From Usitatibacteraceae bacterium (GTDB taxonomy: Bacteria; Pseudomonadota; Gammaproteobacteria; Burkholderiales; Usitatibacteraceae), in contig JBGAQP010000018.1 in NCBI GenBank assembly GCA_044220635.1, positions 8,867 through 72,866 of the forward strand: a DNA stretch of 64,000 nt, given 5' to 3'. Shown piece after piece: positions 12,649-24,446 of the stretch. The position numbers and the translations under genes are program-made. The first letter of the stretch is position 1; every line of letters starts with the position of its first letter. Under the pieces are notes generated by a model, which did not search any database, had not been told where the DNA came from, and was given only the letters and a program-made list of their open reading frames with translations.

Positions 12649-13833
12649 ATGAGAACCGTAGGAATCGTAGGCTGGCGCGGCATGGTGGGCTCCGTCCTCA
12701 TGGAGCGCATGCGCGCGGAGGGCGACTTCGACCATGTCGAGCCCGTCTTCTTCACCACCTCGAACGTGGGCGGCACGGGGCCGGACATCGGCCGCCCGGT
12801 GGGGCCCCTGAGGGACGCGAACGACCTCGCCGGGCTCGCCGCGAACGACATCCTGATCACCTGCCAGGGCGGGGACTACACCAAGTCCGTCTTTCCGAAG
12901 CTGCGGGCCGCGGGCTGGAAGGGCTACTGGATCGACGCGGCCTCGGCCCTGCGCATGGAGAAGGACGCGGTCATCATCCTCGATCCCGTGAACCGCCCGG
13001 TGATCGACCGGGCTCTCGCGGCGGGCGTGAGGAACTACATCGGCGGCAACTGCACGGTGAGCCTCATGCTCATGGCGATCGACGGGCTGCTGAAGGCCGA
13101 CCTCGTCGAATGGGTGTCGGCGATGACCTACCAGGCTGCGTCGGGCGCGGGCGCACAGAACATGCGCGAGTTGCTCCAGCAGATGGGCGAGGTCCATTTC
13201 GCCGCGCGGGCGCTCCTCGAGGACCCCGCCTCGGCCATCCTCGAGATCGACCGCGAAGTCGCCGGGATCCTGCGCGACGAGAGCTTCCCCACCGAGCATT
13301 TCGGCGTGCCGCTCGCGGGTTCGCTCCTGCCGTGGATCGACAGCGACCTCGGCAACGGCCAGAGCCGGGAGGAGTGGAAGGGCCACGCCGAGACCAACAA
13401 GATCCTCGGGCGCGAGGAGGCCGGCGCGATCCCCGTGGACGGCCTGTGCGTGCGCGTGGGCGCGATGCGCTGCCACAGCCAGGGACTCACGATCAAGCTG
13501 CGCCGCGACCTGCCGGTCGCGGAGATCGAAAGGCTGCTTGCCGGGGGCAACGACTGGGTGCAGGTCGTCCCGAACCGGCGCGAGGAAACGCTCGCGCGGC
13601 TCACTCCGGTGGCGGTGACCGGGACCCTGGACGTGCCCATCGGGCGCCTGCGCAAGCTGCGCATGGGCGGCGAATACCTTTCGGCCTTCACGGTCGGGGA
13701 CCAGCTCCTGTGGGGAGCCGCCGAGCCCCTGCGCCGGATGCTCCGGATCCTGCTGGACCACCTTCGGGGGGCCCGTTCCCCCGGAGTTTCCTCCGGGAGG
13801 CCGGAAAAAATGGTTGAAAAACTTTCCACTTAA
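12649..13833 (+). CDS. asd: Aspartate-semialdehyde dehydrogenase
   Basis: ORF 12649..13833. Reads [21 protein letters not shown].., with active-site GGNCTVSLM and ..[13 protein letters not shown]. About 20 extra C-terminal residues run into an AT-rich spacer. Confidence 0.95.
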   Translation: MRTVGIVGWRGMVGSVLMERMRAEGDFDHVEPVFFTTSNVGGTGPDIGRPVGPLRDANDLAGLAANDILITCQGGDYTKSVFPKLRAAGWKGYWIDAASALRMEKDAVIILDPVNRPVIDRALAAGVRNYIGGNCTVSLMLMAIDGLLKADLVEWVSAMTYQAASGAGAQNMRELLQQMGEVHFAARALLEDPASAILEIDREVAGILRDESFPTEHFGVPLAGSLLPWIDSDLGNGQSREEWKGHAETNKILGREEAGAIPVDGLCVRVGAMRCHSQGLTIKLRRDLPVAEIERLLAGGNDWVQVVPNRREETLARLTPVAVTGTLDVPIGRLRKLRMGGEYLSAFTVGDQLLWGAAEPLRRMLRILLDHLRGARSPGVSSGRPEKMVEKLST

Positions 13834-13924
13834 GAGATAATGTGACAATCCGGGTGAGGTTGAAACAATAACTCCCTGATGTTAAGCTACTTTCACCAGT
13901 CTTCCGGATTGGGACGGGCATGAC

Positions 13925-16477
13925 ATGGCGAGGATAATCAAAAACGGGGTGGCCCTTGCGCTGCTCCTGGTGGCCTCGGTCGCGGCGCACGCTGCCGGCC
14001 TCGGCAAGCTCACGGTCAGTTCGGCGCTCGGCCAGGTCCTGAACGCGGAGATCGATCTCGTCTCGCTGCAGCCCGGCGAGCTCGAGTCGCTGACCGCGCG
14101 GGTGGCCGGACCGGAGGCGTACCGCGACGCTCGGATCGAGTATTCCTCGTCCTTGCGGCTGCTGCGTTTCTCGGTCGAGAAGCGCCCGAGCGGGCAGCCC
14201 TTCCTCAAGGTGACGAGCGTCGCGCCGATCAACGAACCGTTCGTCGACGTCCTGATCGAGGTGACCTGGCCCGCGGGCCGGATCCAGCGCGAATACCCCA
14301 TCCTCCTCGACCCGCCAGGGTTCGCCGAGGCGCGCGTCGCGCCCGCCGCGGCGCCCCCGCCACCGGCTCCCGTGAGCCGGGTCGAAACGCCGCCGGCCGC
14401 CGCGCCGGCGGTGGCGCCTTCGAGCCCCGCCGCGGAGGCTCCGGCGGCCGCGGCCGCGCCTTCGGCGAAGGCCGAGTTGCCCTCGACCGGGCTCGTCGAG
14501 ACGCCCGCCGGGTCGGGCGAGACCTACGGCCCGGTCCAGAAGGGCGAGACGCTGCGCAAGATCGCCGGCGAGGTGAAGCCCTCGAGCGTGAGCATGGAAC
14601 AGATGCTCGTGGCGCTCTATCGCGAGAACCAGGCGGCGTTCATCGACAACAACATGAACCGCCTCAAGGCCGGCCAGATCCTCAAGGTGCCCATGGAGGG
14701 CGAGATCGCGAAGATCGAGGAGAAGGAAGCCAACAAGGAGATCCGCACCCACGTCTCCAACTGGAAGGCCTACCGCGAGCAGCTCGCGGGGGGCGTGGGC
14801 ATGATCCCGCCGAAGCCCGAATCGTCGCAGGCCGCCGCCGGGAGGGTGACGAGCGCGGCGGTGTCGCCGCCGGCACCCCCGGCCGCCGAGTCGAAAGACG
14901 TTCTCAAGCTCTCGAAGTCCGACGCAGCCAAGGGCGCGGTGGCGGGCAAGGCCGGAGGCGCTTCCCAGGATCGCCTCAACGCCCTGCAGGAAGAGGTGAC
15001 CGCGAAGGACAAGGCGCTGAAGGAAGCGCAGTCGCGCGTCGCCGACCTCGAAAAGCAGATTCGCGACATGCAGCGCCTGCTGGACCTCAAGGCCGGCGCT
15101 CCGGCCAAGCCCGCGGAGCCGCCGAAGGTCGCCGAGGCGAAGCCCGCGGAAGCTCCCAAGCCCGTCGAGGCACCGAAGCCCGCGGAACCGCCGAAGGTCG
15201 CGGAGCCGGCGAAAGTCGCGGAGGCGCCCAAGCCCGCAGAGCCGCCGAAGGTTGCCGAAGCGCCCAAGCCCGCCGAAGCTCCGAAGCCCGCGGCCGCGCC
15301 GAAGAAGGCACCCGCCCCGCCCCCGCCGCCGCCCAGCCTGATGGACGAGCTCCTCGACAATCCCGCCTACATCGCGGCGGGCGCGGGAGGCATCGGCCTG
15401 CTCGGGCTCGGGGCATTCCTCCTGGCCCGGCGACGAAAGGCCAGGGCTGAGGCGGGACCTTCGAGCTCGATGACGAGCGCCTTTCCCTCCGACCTCAAGC
15501 CCAACACGGTGACGGGAAAGTCGGGCGGTGGTCTGGTGGACACCGGGAACAGCTCGTTCCTCACCGATTTCGACAAGACGGGACCCGGCACGATCGACAC
15601 CGACGAGGTCGACCCGGTCGCCGAGGCCGAGGTCTACATCGCTTACGGCCGCGACGCGCAGGCCGAGGAGATCCTCAAGGAAGCGATGGCCCGGGACAAG
15701 ACCCGGCACGAGATCGCCCTGAAGCTGCTCGAGATCTACCACGCGCGCAAGAGCGCGACCGCGTTCGAGACCGTCGCGAAGGAACTGCGCGGCGCCGTGG
15801 GCGAAGGAAGCCCGCTGTGGCAGAAGGCCGCCGCCATGGGCGCCCAGATCGACCCCGCCAATCCGCTCTACGGCGGTGCCGCTGGCGGGGCGGGCGCGGA
15901 GTTCGTGGCTTCCGCACCGGCCGCCCCGCCGCGACCGGACCTCGACTTCGACATCGCGGGCGGCGGGGCGCAGGCCGCCGAGTCGAGCGCCCCGGAGCCG
16001 AGCTTCGACCTCGACCTCGACACTCAGAAGTCCGCGCCGGCGACCGACCTTCCCGTCGAGTCGGCCTCGGCCCTCGATTTCGACATCGCGCCCTCGGCGC
16101 CGGCCGTCGACGTCTCGCTCGAGGCGCCGAAGGAGGAGAAGCCGTCCTTCGACTTCGACCTCTCGGGACTCGATTTTCCCGGCGGCAAGGCGGCGACTCC
16201 CGCGGCCCCCGCCGCCCCCGCGGCACCGGACCTCGCGTTCGAATTCGACAAGACGCTCGCTCCGGGCGCAGGGGCCGCCGCGCCCAACCTCACCGACTTG
16301 AGCCTGGAAGCGGGCGGCGGGGCCTCGGCGGAATCGGTCAACACGAAGCTCGAGCTCGCGAAGGCCTACCTCGAGATCGGGGACAAGGACGGCGCCCGGG
16401 AGATCCTCCAGGAAGTCGTGAAGGAAGGCTCGGCCGCGCAGAAGGACGAGGCGCAGAAGCTCATCGCCTCGCTCTGA
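13925..16477 (+). CDS. fimV: FimV-like peptidoglycan-binding (LysM) pilus-assembly / polar-organising protein
   Basis: ORF 13925..16477. It has a signal peptide, a LysM-like segment (YGPVQKGETLRKIAGEV...LKAGQILKVP), a coiled coil, Pro/Ala/Lys repeats, a TM segment, an acidic region and a C-terminal TPR-like motif (NTKLELAKAYLEIGDKDGAREILQEV). It lies in the conserved asd-fimV-truA position. Confidence 0.88.
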   Translation: MARIIKNGVALALLLVASVAAHAAGLGKLTVSSALGQVLNAEIDLVSLQPGELESLTARVAGPEAYRDARIEYSSSLRLLRFSVEKRPSGQPFLKVTSVAPINEPFVDVLIEVTWPAGRIQREYPILLDPPGFAEARVAPAAAPPPPAPVSRVETPPAAAPAVAPSSPAAEAPAAAAAPSAKAELPSTGLVETPAGSGETYGPVQKGETLRKIAGEVKPSSVSMEQMLVALYRENQAAFIDNNMNRLKAGQILKVPMEGEIAKIEEKEANKEIRTHVSNWKAYREQLAGGVGMIPPKPESSQAAAGRVTSAAVSPPAPPAAESKDVLKLSKSDAAKGAVAGKAGGASQDRLNALQEEVTAKDKALKEAQSRVADLEKQIRDMQRLLDLKAGAPAKPAEPPKVAEAKPAEAPKPVEAPKPAEPPKVAEPAKVAEAPKPAEPPKVAEAPKPAEAPKPAAAPKKAPAPPPPPPSLMDELLDNPAYIAAGAGGIGLLGLGAFLLARRRKARAEAGPSSSMTSAFPSDLKPNTVTGKSGGGLVDTGNSSFLTDFDKTGPGTIDTDEVDPVAEAEVYIAYGRDAQAEEILKEAMARDKTRHEIALKLLEIYHARKSATAFETVAKELRGAVGEGSPLWQKAAAMGAQIDPANPLYGGAAGGAGAEFVASAPAAPPRPDLDFDIAGGGAQAAESSAPEPSFDLDLDTQKSAPATDLPVESASALDFDIAPSAPAVDVSLEAPKEEKPSFDFDLSGLDFPGGKAATPAAPAAPAAPDLAFEFDKTLAPGAGAAAPNLTDLSLEAGGGASAESVNTKLELAKAYLEIGDKDGAREILQEVVKEGSAAQKDEAQKLIASL
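15091..15340 (+). repeat. In-frame degenerate tandem repeats encoding a Pro/Ala/Lys/Glu linker of FimV
   Basis: The protein reads AKPAEPPKVAEAKPAEAPKPVEAPKPAEPPKVAEPAKVAEAPKPAEPPKVAEAPKPAEAPKPAAAPKKAPAPPPPPP. The DNA shows repeated GCCGAAGGTCGC / GAAGCCCGC units. Confidence 0.8.
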
Positions 16478-16502
16478 TCCGGATGCTGTTGCAGGTCGTC
16501 TG

Positions 16503-16532
16503 ATTGGCGGGGGCAACCCCGCCAATTTCTTT
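16503..16532 (+). terminator. Rho-independent terminator after fimV
   Basis: ATTGGCGGGG-gcaa-CCCCGCCAAT forms a 10-bp stem and is followed by TTCTTT. Confidence 0.7.
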
Positions 16533-16545
16533 CGGGCTCCCTCCC

Positions 16546-17337
16546 ATGCGCATCGCCCTTGGCCTCGAGTACGACGGTTCGGCCTTCTGCGGCTGGCAGG
16601 CTCAGCCCGGCGGTTGCGGCGTCCAGGACCACCTCGAGCGCGCGCTCGCGACCATCGCCGGCGCGACGGTGGCGCTTACCGCGGCGGGGCGCACCGACGC
16701 CGGGGTTCACGCGACGGCGCAGGTCGCGCACTTCGACGCCACGGCCGAGCGGCCGCAGACCGCCTGGGTGCGCGGGACCAACTCCTCGCTCGACCCGAGG
16801 GTGCGCGTACTCTGGGCGCGGGAGGTCCCCGAGAGCTTTCACGCGCGCTACGGCGCCCGCTCGCGCACCTATCGCTACTTCCTGCTGAACGAGCCCGTCG
16901 CTCCCGCCGTGCTGCACGGGCGCGTCGGCTGGTTCCACCGGCCGCTCGACGCAGCGGCGATGGCCTCGGCCGCGCGCGCCCTGGTCGGCGAGCACGACTT
17001 CAGCGCCTTCCGCGACGCCGAATGCCAGGCGAGGAGCCCGGTGCGCCGACTCGACGAAGCGACCGTCCAGCGCTCCGGAAACCTCGTCGTGTTCACCTTT
17101 CGCGCCAACGCGTTCCTGCACCACATGGTGCGCAATCTCGTGGGATCCCTCGTCGACGTCGGCGCGGGCCGGCACCCCCCCGATTGGGTCGCGGAGCTGC
17201 TCGCCGCGCGCGAGCGCAGCCGCGCCGCGCCCACCTTCGCCGCCGCCGGGCTCTACCTCACGGGCGTCGAGTATGATCCCGGGTACGCTCTGCCCGCCTT
17301 CCGCTCCCAGCCGCTGATGGTTCCCGACGCGCCATGA
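16546..17337 (+). CDS. truA: tRNA pseudouridine(38-40) synthase
   Basis: ORF 16504..17337. From ATG 16546 it reads MRIALGLEYDGSAFCGWQAQ.., with GRTDAGVHA. Confidence 0.94.
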   Translation: MRIALGLEYDGSAFCGWQAQPGGCGVQDHLERALATIAGATVALTAAGRTDAGVHATAQVAHFDATAERPQTAWVRGTNSSLDPRVRVLWAREVPESFHARYGARSRTYRYFLLNEPVAPAVLHGRVGWFHRPLDAAAMASAARALVGEHDFSAFRDAECQARSPVRRLDEATVQRSGNLVVFTFRANAFLHHMVRNLVGSLVDVGAGRHPPDWVAELLAARERSRAAPTFAAAGLYLTGVEYDPGYALPAFRSQPLMVPDAP

Positions 17338-17952
17338 AGCCCGAGCGCACGCGCATCAAGATCTGCGGGATCCGCGAGCCGGAGCACGCGCGCCTCGCGG
17401 CTGCCGCCGGCGCCGACGCGATCGGCCTCGTGTTCCACGCGAAGAGCCCGCGCCGCGTCGAGCCGGCGCGGGCGGCCGAGATCGCCGCCTCGCTCCCCCC
17501 CTTCACCCTCGCCGTGGCGCTCTTCGTCAATGCCCCGCGAAGCCTCGTGGACGAGGTCCTGGCGCAGGTTCCCGTCGACCTGCTGCAGTTCCACGGCGAC
17601 GAAAGCCCCGAATACTGCGCGGCCTTCGGGCGCCCTTTCCTCCGGGCGGTGCGAATGGAGGAGGGGGCCGATTTGCTAGAATATGCGCGCCGGTTCTCCC
17701 GCGCGAAGGCCCTGCTCCTCGACGCCCATGTGCCGGGAGAGCCGGGCGGAACGGGCCGCAGCTTCGACTGGACGCGCATTCCCCGAGACCTCCCCATCCC
17801 CATCGTCCTGTCCGGCGGCCTCGATGCGGCCAACGTCGGCAGGGCGATCCGCGAGGTCGGTCCCTGGGCGGTGGACGTCTCGAGCGGCGTCGAGCGGGAG
17901 AGGGGCGTGAAGGATCCCGACCGGATCCGGGAATTCATTCGGAGCGTTCGCC

Positions 17953-17975
<23 letters not shown>
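17334..17975 (+). CDS. trpF: Phosphoribosylanthranilate isomerase
   Basis: ORF 17334..17975. Its ATGA start overlaps the truA stop. Reads [13 protein letters not shown]...LQFHGDE.. Confidence 0.92.
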
Positions 17976-19152
<1,177 letters not shown>

Positions 19153-19159
19153 GGCGCCC

Positions 19160-19975
19160 GTGAGCCGGATCGCCGCCACCTTCGAGAAGCTGCGCGCCGC
19201 CGGCCGGCCCGCGCTGATCCCCTTCGTCACCGCGGGCGATCCCTCGCCCGCGCAGATGCCCGCGATCCTCGAGGCCCTGGTGGCCGGCGGCGCCGACGTG
19301 ATCGAGCTGGGCGTGCCGTTCTCGGACCCCATGGCCGACGGGCCGGTCATCCAGCGCTCCTCGGAGCGCGCGCTCAAGCAGGGCACGACCCTTCGGGAGG
19401 TCCTCGCCATCGTCGAGCGTTTCCGGCGCCGCGACGCCACCACGCCGGTCGTGCTCATGGGCTACGCCAACCCGATCGAGCGCATGGGCCTCGCGGCCTT
19501 CGTGGCCGCCGCGCGCGCGGCCGGCGTCGACGGGGTGCTGGTCGTCGACCTGCCGCCCGAGGAGAGCGGCCCCTGGCTCCAGGCGCTCGAAGGCTCGGGC
19601 ATCGACCCGATCTTCCTCCTCGCCCCGACCTCGGGCCCGGAGCGCATCGACCTCGTCGCGGGCGTCGCCCGGGGCTACATCTACTACGTCTCGCTCAAGG
19701 GCGTGACGGGCGCGGCGAACATCGACACGGGCGAGGTCGAGGCGATGCTCGGGCGCATCCGCGCGCGGACCCGGGTGCCCGTGGGCGTGGGATTCGGCAT
19801 CCGCGACGGCGCCACCGCGGCCCGGGTGGCGGCGTTCGCCGACGCCGTGGTCGTCGGCAGCCGATTCGTGCAGGACCTGGCGGAGGCGCCGCCGGGCGAG
19901 GCCGCCGAGCGCGCCCGCGCGATCGCGCGCGAGTTCCGCGAGGCGATGGACGCGCGCCGCAAGGCGCTCGCCTGA
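19160..19975 (+). CDS. trpA: Tryptophan synthase alpha chain
   Basis: ORF 19160..19975 with a GTG start. Reads ..[11 protein letters not shown]...[18 protein letters not shown]. Confidence 0.95.
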   Translation: MSRIAATFEKLRAAGRPALIPFVTAGDPSPAQMPAILEALVAGGADVIELGVPFSDPMADGPVIQRSSERALKQGTTLREVLAIVERFRRRDATTPVVLMGYANPIERMGLAAFVAAARAAGVDGVLVVDLPPEESGPWLQALEGSGIDPIFLLAPTSGPERIDLVAGVARGYIYYVSLKGVTGAANIDTGEVEAMLGRIRARTRVPVGVGFGIRDGATAARVAAFADAVVVGSRFVQDLAEAPPGEAAERARAIAREFREAMDARRKALA

Positions 19976-19991
19976 GCGCCGGGGTCCCGCC

Positions 19992-20861
19992 ATGAGCTGG
20001 TTCCGCAAGCTTCTGCCCCCGAAGATCAAGCGCGAAGGGGCGCGCGAGAAGAAGGCCGTTCCCGAGGGCCTCTGGAGCAAGTGCCCGTCGTGCGAGGCCG
20101 TGCTCTACTTCACGGATCTCGAGAACAACCTGCACGTCTGCCCCAAGTGCGCCTTCCACAACCGGTTGAGCGCGCGCCAGCGTCTCGACCTCTTCCTCGA
20201 TCCCGAGGGCCGCGCGGAGTTCGCATCCGAGGTCGTGCCCCTCGATCCGCTCAAGTTCCGCGACAGCCGCAAGTACACCGAGCGGCTCGACGAGGCCGAG
20301 CGCGAGACCGGGGAGACGGACGCGCTGGTCGTGATGCAGGGCGCGGCGAAGAGCGTGCCGCTCGTCGCGGCGGCCTTCGAGTTCGGCTTCCTCGGCGGCT
20401 CGATGGGATCGGTGGTCGGCGAGCGCTTTGTGCGGGCGGTCCAGGCCTGCTGCGACGAACGCCTGCCCTTCGTGTGCTTCACGGCCACGGGCGGCGCGCG
20501 CATGCAGGAGGGGCTCCTCTCGCTCCTGCAGATGGCGAAGACCACCGCGGCGCTCCACCAGCTCTCGGCGGCGCGGCAGCCGTTCATCTCCGTGCTGACC
20601 GATCCGACGATGGGCGGCGTGTCGGCGAGCTTCGCCTTCATCGGCGACGTGGTGATCGCCGAGCCCGGGGCGCTCATCGGTTTCGCGGGGCCGCGGGTCA
20701 TCGAGCAGACCGTGCGCGAGACGCTTCCCGAGGGCTTCCAGCGCGCCGAGTTCCTGCTCGACAAGGGCGCGATCGACCTCATCGTCGACCGCCGCCAGCT
20801 GCGCGACCGCGTCGCCCGGCTCGTCACGCTGCTCAAGCGCGAGCCCGCGCCGGAGGCCTGA
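19992..20861 (+). CDS. accD: Acetyl-CoA carboxylase carboxyltransferase beta subunit
   Basis: ORF 19992..20861. It has the N-terminal zinc ribbon CPSCEAVLY...CPKCAFH, followed by ..[16 protein letters not shown]. Confidence 0.95.
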   Translation: MSWFRKLLPPKIKREGAREKKAVPEGLWSKCPSCEAVLYFTDLENNLHVCPKCAFHNRLSARQRLDLFLDPEGRAEFASEVVPLDPLKFRDSRKYTERLDEAERETGETDALVVMQGAAKSVPLVAAAFEFGFLGGSMGSVVGERFVRAVQACCDERLPFVCFTATGGARMQEGLLSLLQMAKTTAALHQLSAARQPFISVLTDPTMGGVSASFAFIGDVVIAEPGALIGFAGPRVIEQTVRETLPEGFQRAEFLLDKGAIDLIVDRRQLRDRVARLVTLLKREPAPEA

Positions 20862-20904
20862 GGGCGAGGGCGCCGCCCGGGCCCCGACTTCCGACGCCCG
20901 ATCG

Positions 20905-22188
20905 ATGACGCCTTCCGCCGAGCGCCCCGGGCCCGGCGCCTCGCTCGAGGACTGGCTCGGCCACATCTCCGCGCAGCATCCCGCCTCCATCGCCTTGGGG
21001 CTCGAGCGCCTGCGCGAAGTCGCCTCGCGCCTGCCGCTCGCGCCGCCCCCGGTGGCGATCACCGTCGGGGGCACCAACGGCAAGGGCTCGACCTGCGCGA
21101 TGCTCGAACGCATCCTGCTCGAGGCCGGCTACCGCGTCGGCCTGTATTCGTCCCCGCACCTTCTGCGCTACAACGAGCGGGTGCGCGTCGCGGGCGAGGA
21201 GGCCGACGATGCGCAGCTCGCCGCGGCCTTCGCGGAGGTCGAGGGCGCCCGCGGGGGCACGCCGCTCACGTATTTCGAGTTCGGCACGCTCGCGGCCTTC
21301 GTGGTCTTCGCCCGTCGCCGGGTCGAGGCCGCGATCCTCGAGGTGGGGCTCGGCGGGCGGCTCGACGCGGTGAACCTCGTCGACGCCGACTGCGCGATCG
21401 TCACCTGCGTCGACCTCGACCACCAGGCGTATCTCGGCGACACGCGCGAGGCGATCGGCTTCGAGAAGGCGGGGATCTTCCGCCCCGGCCGTGCCGCGAT
21501 CGTGGGCGAGCGCGACCCACCCGCAAGCGTGCTCGCGCACGCCGCGGCGATCGGCGCCGACCTGCAGGTGCTGGGGCGCGATTTCGAGGTCGAGCCGGGC
21601 GAGGGCCAATGGAGCTTCCGAGGGCGCAGGGGCACCCGGCACGCGCTGCCGATACCGGCGCTGCGGGGGCGCTGGCAGCTCGCGAACGCCGCCGCTGCTC
21701 TCGCCGCCCTCGACGCGGTGGCGGGGCCACTGCCGGTCTCGCTCGGGGAGGTGAAGCGCGGCCTCGCGCTCGTCCAGCTCCCCGGAAGGCTGCAGGTCCT
21801 GCCGGGGCGCCCGGCGGTGATCCTCGACGTCGCGCACAACCCGCACGCGGCGCGCGCGCTCGCCGACGGGCTGCGGGCGATGGGCGCGGCGGGGCGCACG
21901 ACCGCCGTCTTCGCGATGCTCTCCGACAAGGACATCGGAGGCGTGATCGACGCGATGCGGGCGCAGGTGGACCGCTGGCACGTCGCTTCCGTGGAAGGAG
22001 AGCGGGCCGCGCCCGCCGAGCGCCTCTCTGGGCTTCTCGCCGAGCGCGGTCTCGCCGCGGCCACGCGGTCGTTCGCGACCGTGGCCGGCGCCCTCGAGGC
22101 GGCGCGTCGGGAGGCGGGCCCGAATGATAGAATTCTTGTTTTCGGATCGTTCCTCACCGTGGCGGCGGCGCTGCGCTGCGGGAGCTGA
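20905..22188 (+). CDS. folC: Bifunctional folylpolyglutamate synthase / dihydrofolate synthase
   Basis: ORF 20905..22188. It has the P-loop VGGTNGKGST and Mur-ligase-like organisation, and lies in the accD-folC position. Confidence 0.93.
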   Translation: MTPSAERPGPGASLEDWLGHISAQHPASIALGLERLREVASRLPLAPPPVAITVGGTNGKGSTCAMLERILLEAGYRVGLYSSPHLLRYNERVRVAGEEADDAQLAAAFAEVEGARGGTPLTYFEFGTLAAFVVFARRRVEAAILEVGLGGRLDAVNLVDADCAIVTCVDLDHQAYLGDTREAIGFEKAGIFRPGRAAIVGERDPPASVLAHAAAIGADLQVLGRDFEVEPGEGQWSFRGRRGTRHALPIPALRGRWQLANAAAALAALDAVAGPLPVSLGEVKRGLALVQLPGRLQVLPGRPAVILDVAHNPHAARALADGLRAMGAAGRTTAVFAMLSDKDIGGVIDAMRAQVDRWHVASVEGERAAPAERLSGLLAERGLAAATRSFATVAGALEAARREAGPNDRILVFGSFLTVAAALRCGS

Positions 22189-22205
22189 ACCCGACCCCAC
22201 GCGCC

Positions 22206-22823
22206 ATGGCGGCCCCCCAGACCCCCGACACGAGCGAAATCCGACGCAAAGGCCGCCAGCGCCTCATCGGAGCCATCGCCCTCGTCGTCCTCGCGGTGGT
22301 CTTCGTGCCGATGCTCCTCGATCCGCAGCCCCGCCAGGAGCGGCAGGAACGCTCGCTCGCCATTCCGCCGAAGGAGGGCGCGGCACCGCTTCCGCCGCCC
22401 GAGCCCGCGGCCGCGAAGCCCGAGAGCGCCGCCGCGATCCCCCAGCCCGAGCCGCCCAAGACCGCGGGCGCGCCCGTGAAGGCGGCCGCACCTGCGAAGA
22501 CCGCGCCCGAGCCGAAAGCGGCGGAGCCGAAACCGGCGGCGCCCGCGAAGGCGACGGCCAAGGTTGCCGCGCCGGCCGCGGCGCCCCGGCTCGAGGGATT
22601 CGCGGTCCAGGTGGGCGCGTTCCGCGACGAGGGCAAGCTCTCGGTGGCGCGCGAGAAGCTCGTCGCGGCCAAGGTCCCGCACTACACGGAGCGCCTCGAT
22701 TCCGCCAACGGCGCGCTCACGCGGTTGCGCGCGGGGCCCTATCCGAGCCGCGAGGCGGCGGAGAAGGCCGCCGCGGCGATCGGGCGCGCCGGGCTCGAGG
22801 GCAAGGTGGTCGCGCTCCCATGA
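22206..22823 (+). CDS. SPOR-domain cell-division protein (DedD-like)
   Basis: ORF 22206..22823. Architecture: basic N-terminus plus one TM (RLIGAIALVVLAVVFVPMLL), a Pro/Ala/Lys-rich linker, and a C-terminal SPOR-like fold (FAVQVGAFRDEGKLSVAREKL...LTRLRAGPYPSREAAEKAAAAI). Confidence 0.85.
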   Translation: MAAPQTPDTSEIRRKGRQRLIGAIALVVLAVVFVPMLLDPQPRQERQERSLAIPPKEGAAPLPPPEPAAAKPESAAAIPQPEPPKTAGAPVKAAAPAKTAPEPKAAEPKPAAPAKATAKVAAPAAAPRLEGFAVQVGAFRDEGKLSVAREKLVAAKVPHYTERLDSANGALTRLRAGPYPSREAAEKAAAAIGRAGLEGKVVALP

Positions 22824-22903
22824 GAAAGGGCGCGGCCACAACGCGGGGCAAAGCGCATACACTATGCGCGGGTCCCGGCCGCCGCCGGAAGGAAACCTGA
22901 AGC

Positions 22904-24430
22904 ATGTGCGGAATCGTCGGAGTCGTCGCGCGCAGCCCCGCCAACCAGCTCCTCTACGACGGGCTGACGGTGCTTCAGCACCGCGGCCAGGACGCGGCGG
23001 GCATCGTCACCGCCGAGGGCCACAGCTTCCACATGCACAAGGGCCGCGGGCTCGTGCGCGACGTCTTCCGCACGCGCGACATGCGCGCCCTCGTCGGGCG
23101 CATCGGCATCGCCCACTGCCGCTACCCCACCGCGGGCAGCGCCTCCTCGGACGCGGAGTCCCAGCCTTTCTACGTGAATTCCCCCTTCGGGATCGTGCTC
23201 GGCCACAACGGCAATCTCGTGAACGCCGAGCAGCTGCGCCAGGAGCTCTTCCTGGAGGACCGGCGCCACGTCAACACGAATTCCGACTCCGAGATCCTGC
23301 TGAACGTCCTCGCCCACGAGCTGCAGGACGCCTCGCAGGGCCGACAGCGCCTCAATCCCGACACGATCTTCCAGGCGGTCGCGGGCGTGCACCGGCGGGT
23401 CAAGGGGGCCTACGCGGTGGTCGCGATGATCGCCGGCTACGGGCTGCTCGCCTTTCGCGATCCCCACGGCATCCGCCCGCTCATCGTCGGCCGCGAGGAC
23501 ACGGACAAGGGGGTGGAATTCATCGTCGCTTCCGAGTCGGTCGCGCTCGACACGCTCGGGTTCAAGGCGATGCGCGACGTCGCCCCGGGCGAGGCGATCC
23601 TCGTCGACGAGAGCGGCAACCTTTTCGCGCGCCAGTGCGCCGACAACCCGACCCTCAACCCCTGCATCTTCGAGTTCGTGTACCTCGCGAGGCCCGATTC
23701 GGTGATCGACGGCATCTCGGTCTACGAGAGCCGGCGCAACATGGGCAAGAGCCTTGCCGACAAGATCGTCGCGAGCGGCCTGCACCGCGAGGTCGACGTC
23801 GTGATCCCGATCCCCGACTCGAGCCGCCCGAGCGCCCTCGAGGTCGCCCAGAAGCTCGGCGTCGTCTACCGCGAGGGCTTCATCAAGAACCGCTACATCG
23901 GTCGGACGTTCATCATGCCGGGCCAGGAGCTGCGCCGGAAGAGCGTTCGCCAGAAGCTCAATGCCATGGCGATCGAGTTCCGCGACAAGAACGTGCTGCT
24001 GGTCGACGATTCCATCGTGCGCGGCACGACGAGCCGCGAGATCGTCCAGATGGCGCGCGAGAGCGGCGCGCGCAAGGTCTTCTTCGCCTCCGCCGCGCCT
24101 CCCGTGCGCTTCCCGAACGTCTACGGGATCGACATGCCCACGCGGGCCGAGCTCATCGCCACCGGGCGCGACGAGCGCGCGATCGCCGAGGCGATCGGGG
24201 CCGACGCGGTCTTCTACCAGGACCTCGCCTCCCTCGTGGCCGACGTGCGCGCCTGCAACCCCGCGATCCAGAGCTTCGACTGCTCGTGCTTCGACGGGGT
24301 CTACATCACGGGCGACGTCTCCAGCGACTACCTCGCGGGCGTGGAGGCCTCGCGCCGCGACGGCGAGTCGCGCCCCGAGACGCGGCTCTCGAGCTACCAG
24401 CTCGACCTCGGGCTCTCCACGGTCGACTGA
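22904..24430 (+). CDS. purF: Amidophosphoribosyltransferase
   Basis: ORF 22904..24430. It has the N-terminal nucleophile MCGIVGV and the PRPP-binding [12 protein letters not shown]. Confidence 0.96.
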   Translation: MCGIVGVVARSPANQLLYDGLTVLQHRGQDAAGIVTAEGHSFHMHKGRGLVRDVFRTRDMRALVGRIGIAHCRYPTAGSASSDAESQPFYVNSPFGIVLGHNGNLVNAEQLRQELFLEDRRHVNTNSDSEILLNVLAHELQDASQGRQRLNPDTIFQAVAGVHRRVKGAYAVVAMIAGYGLLAFRDPHGIRPLIVGREDTDKGVEFIVASESVALDTLGFKAMRDVAPGEAILVDESGNLFARQCADNPTLNPCIFEFVYLARPDSVIDGISVYESRRNMGKSLADKIVASGLHREVDVVIPIPDSSRPSALEVAQKLGVVYREGFIKNRYIGRTFIMPGQELRRKSVRQKLNAMAIEFRDKNVLLVDDSIVRGTTSREIVQMARESGARKVFFASAAPPVRFPNVYGIDMPTRAELIATGRDERAIAEAIGADAVFYQDLASLVADVRACNPAIQSFDCSCFDGVYITGDVSSDYLAGVEASRRDGESRPETRLSSYQLDLGLSTVD

Positions 24431-24446
24431 CCCGCCCGGGGCCGCG

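Noticed and set aside
15091-15340. Repetitive DNA considered as a CRISPR array or non-coding VNTR
   Set aside because: The repeats are short, degenerate and in-frame, and they lie inside fimV, where they encode a P/A/K/E linker. There is no repeat-spacer architecture and no cas genes.
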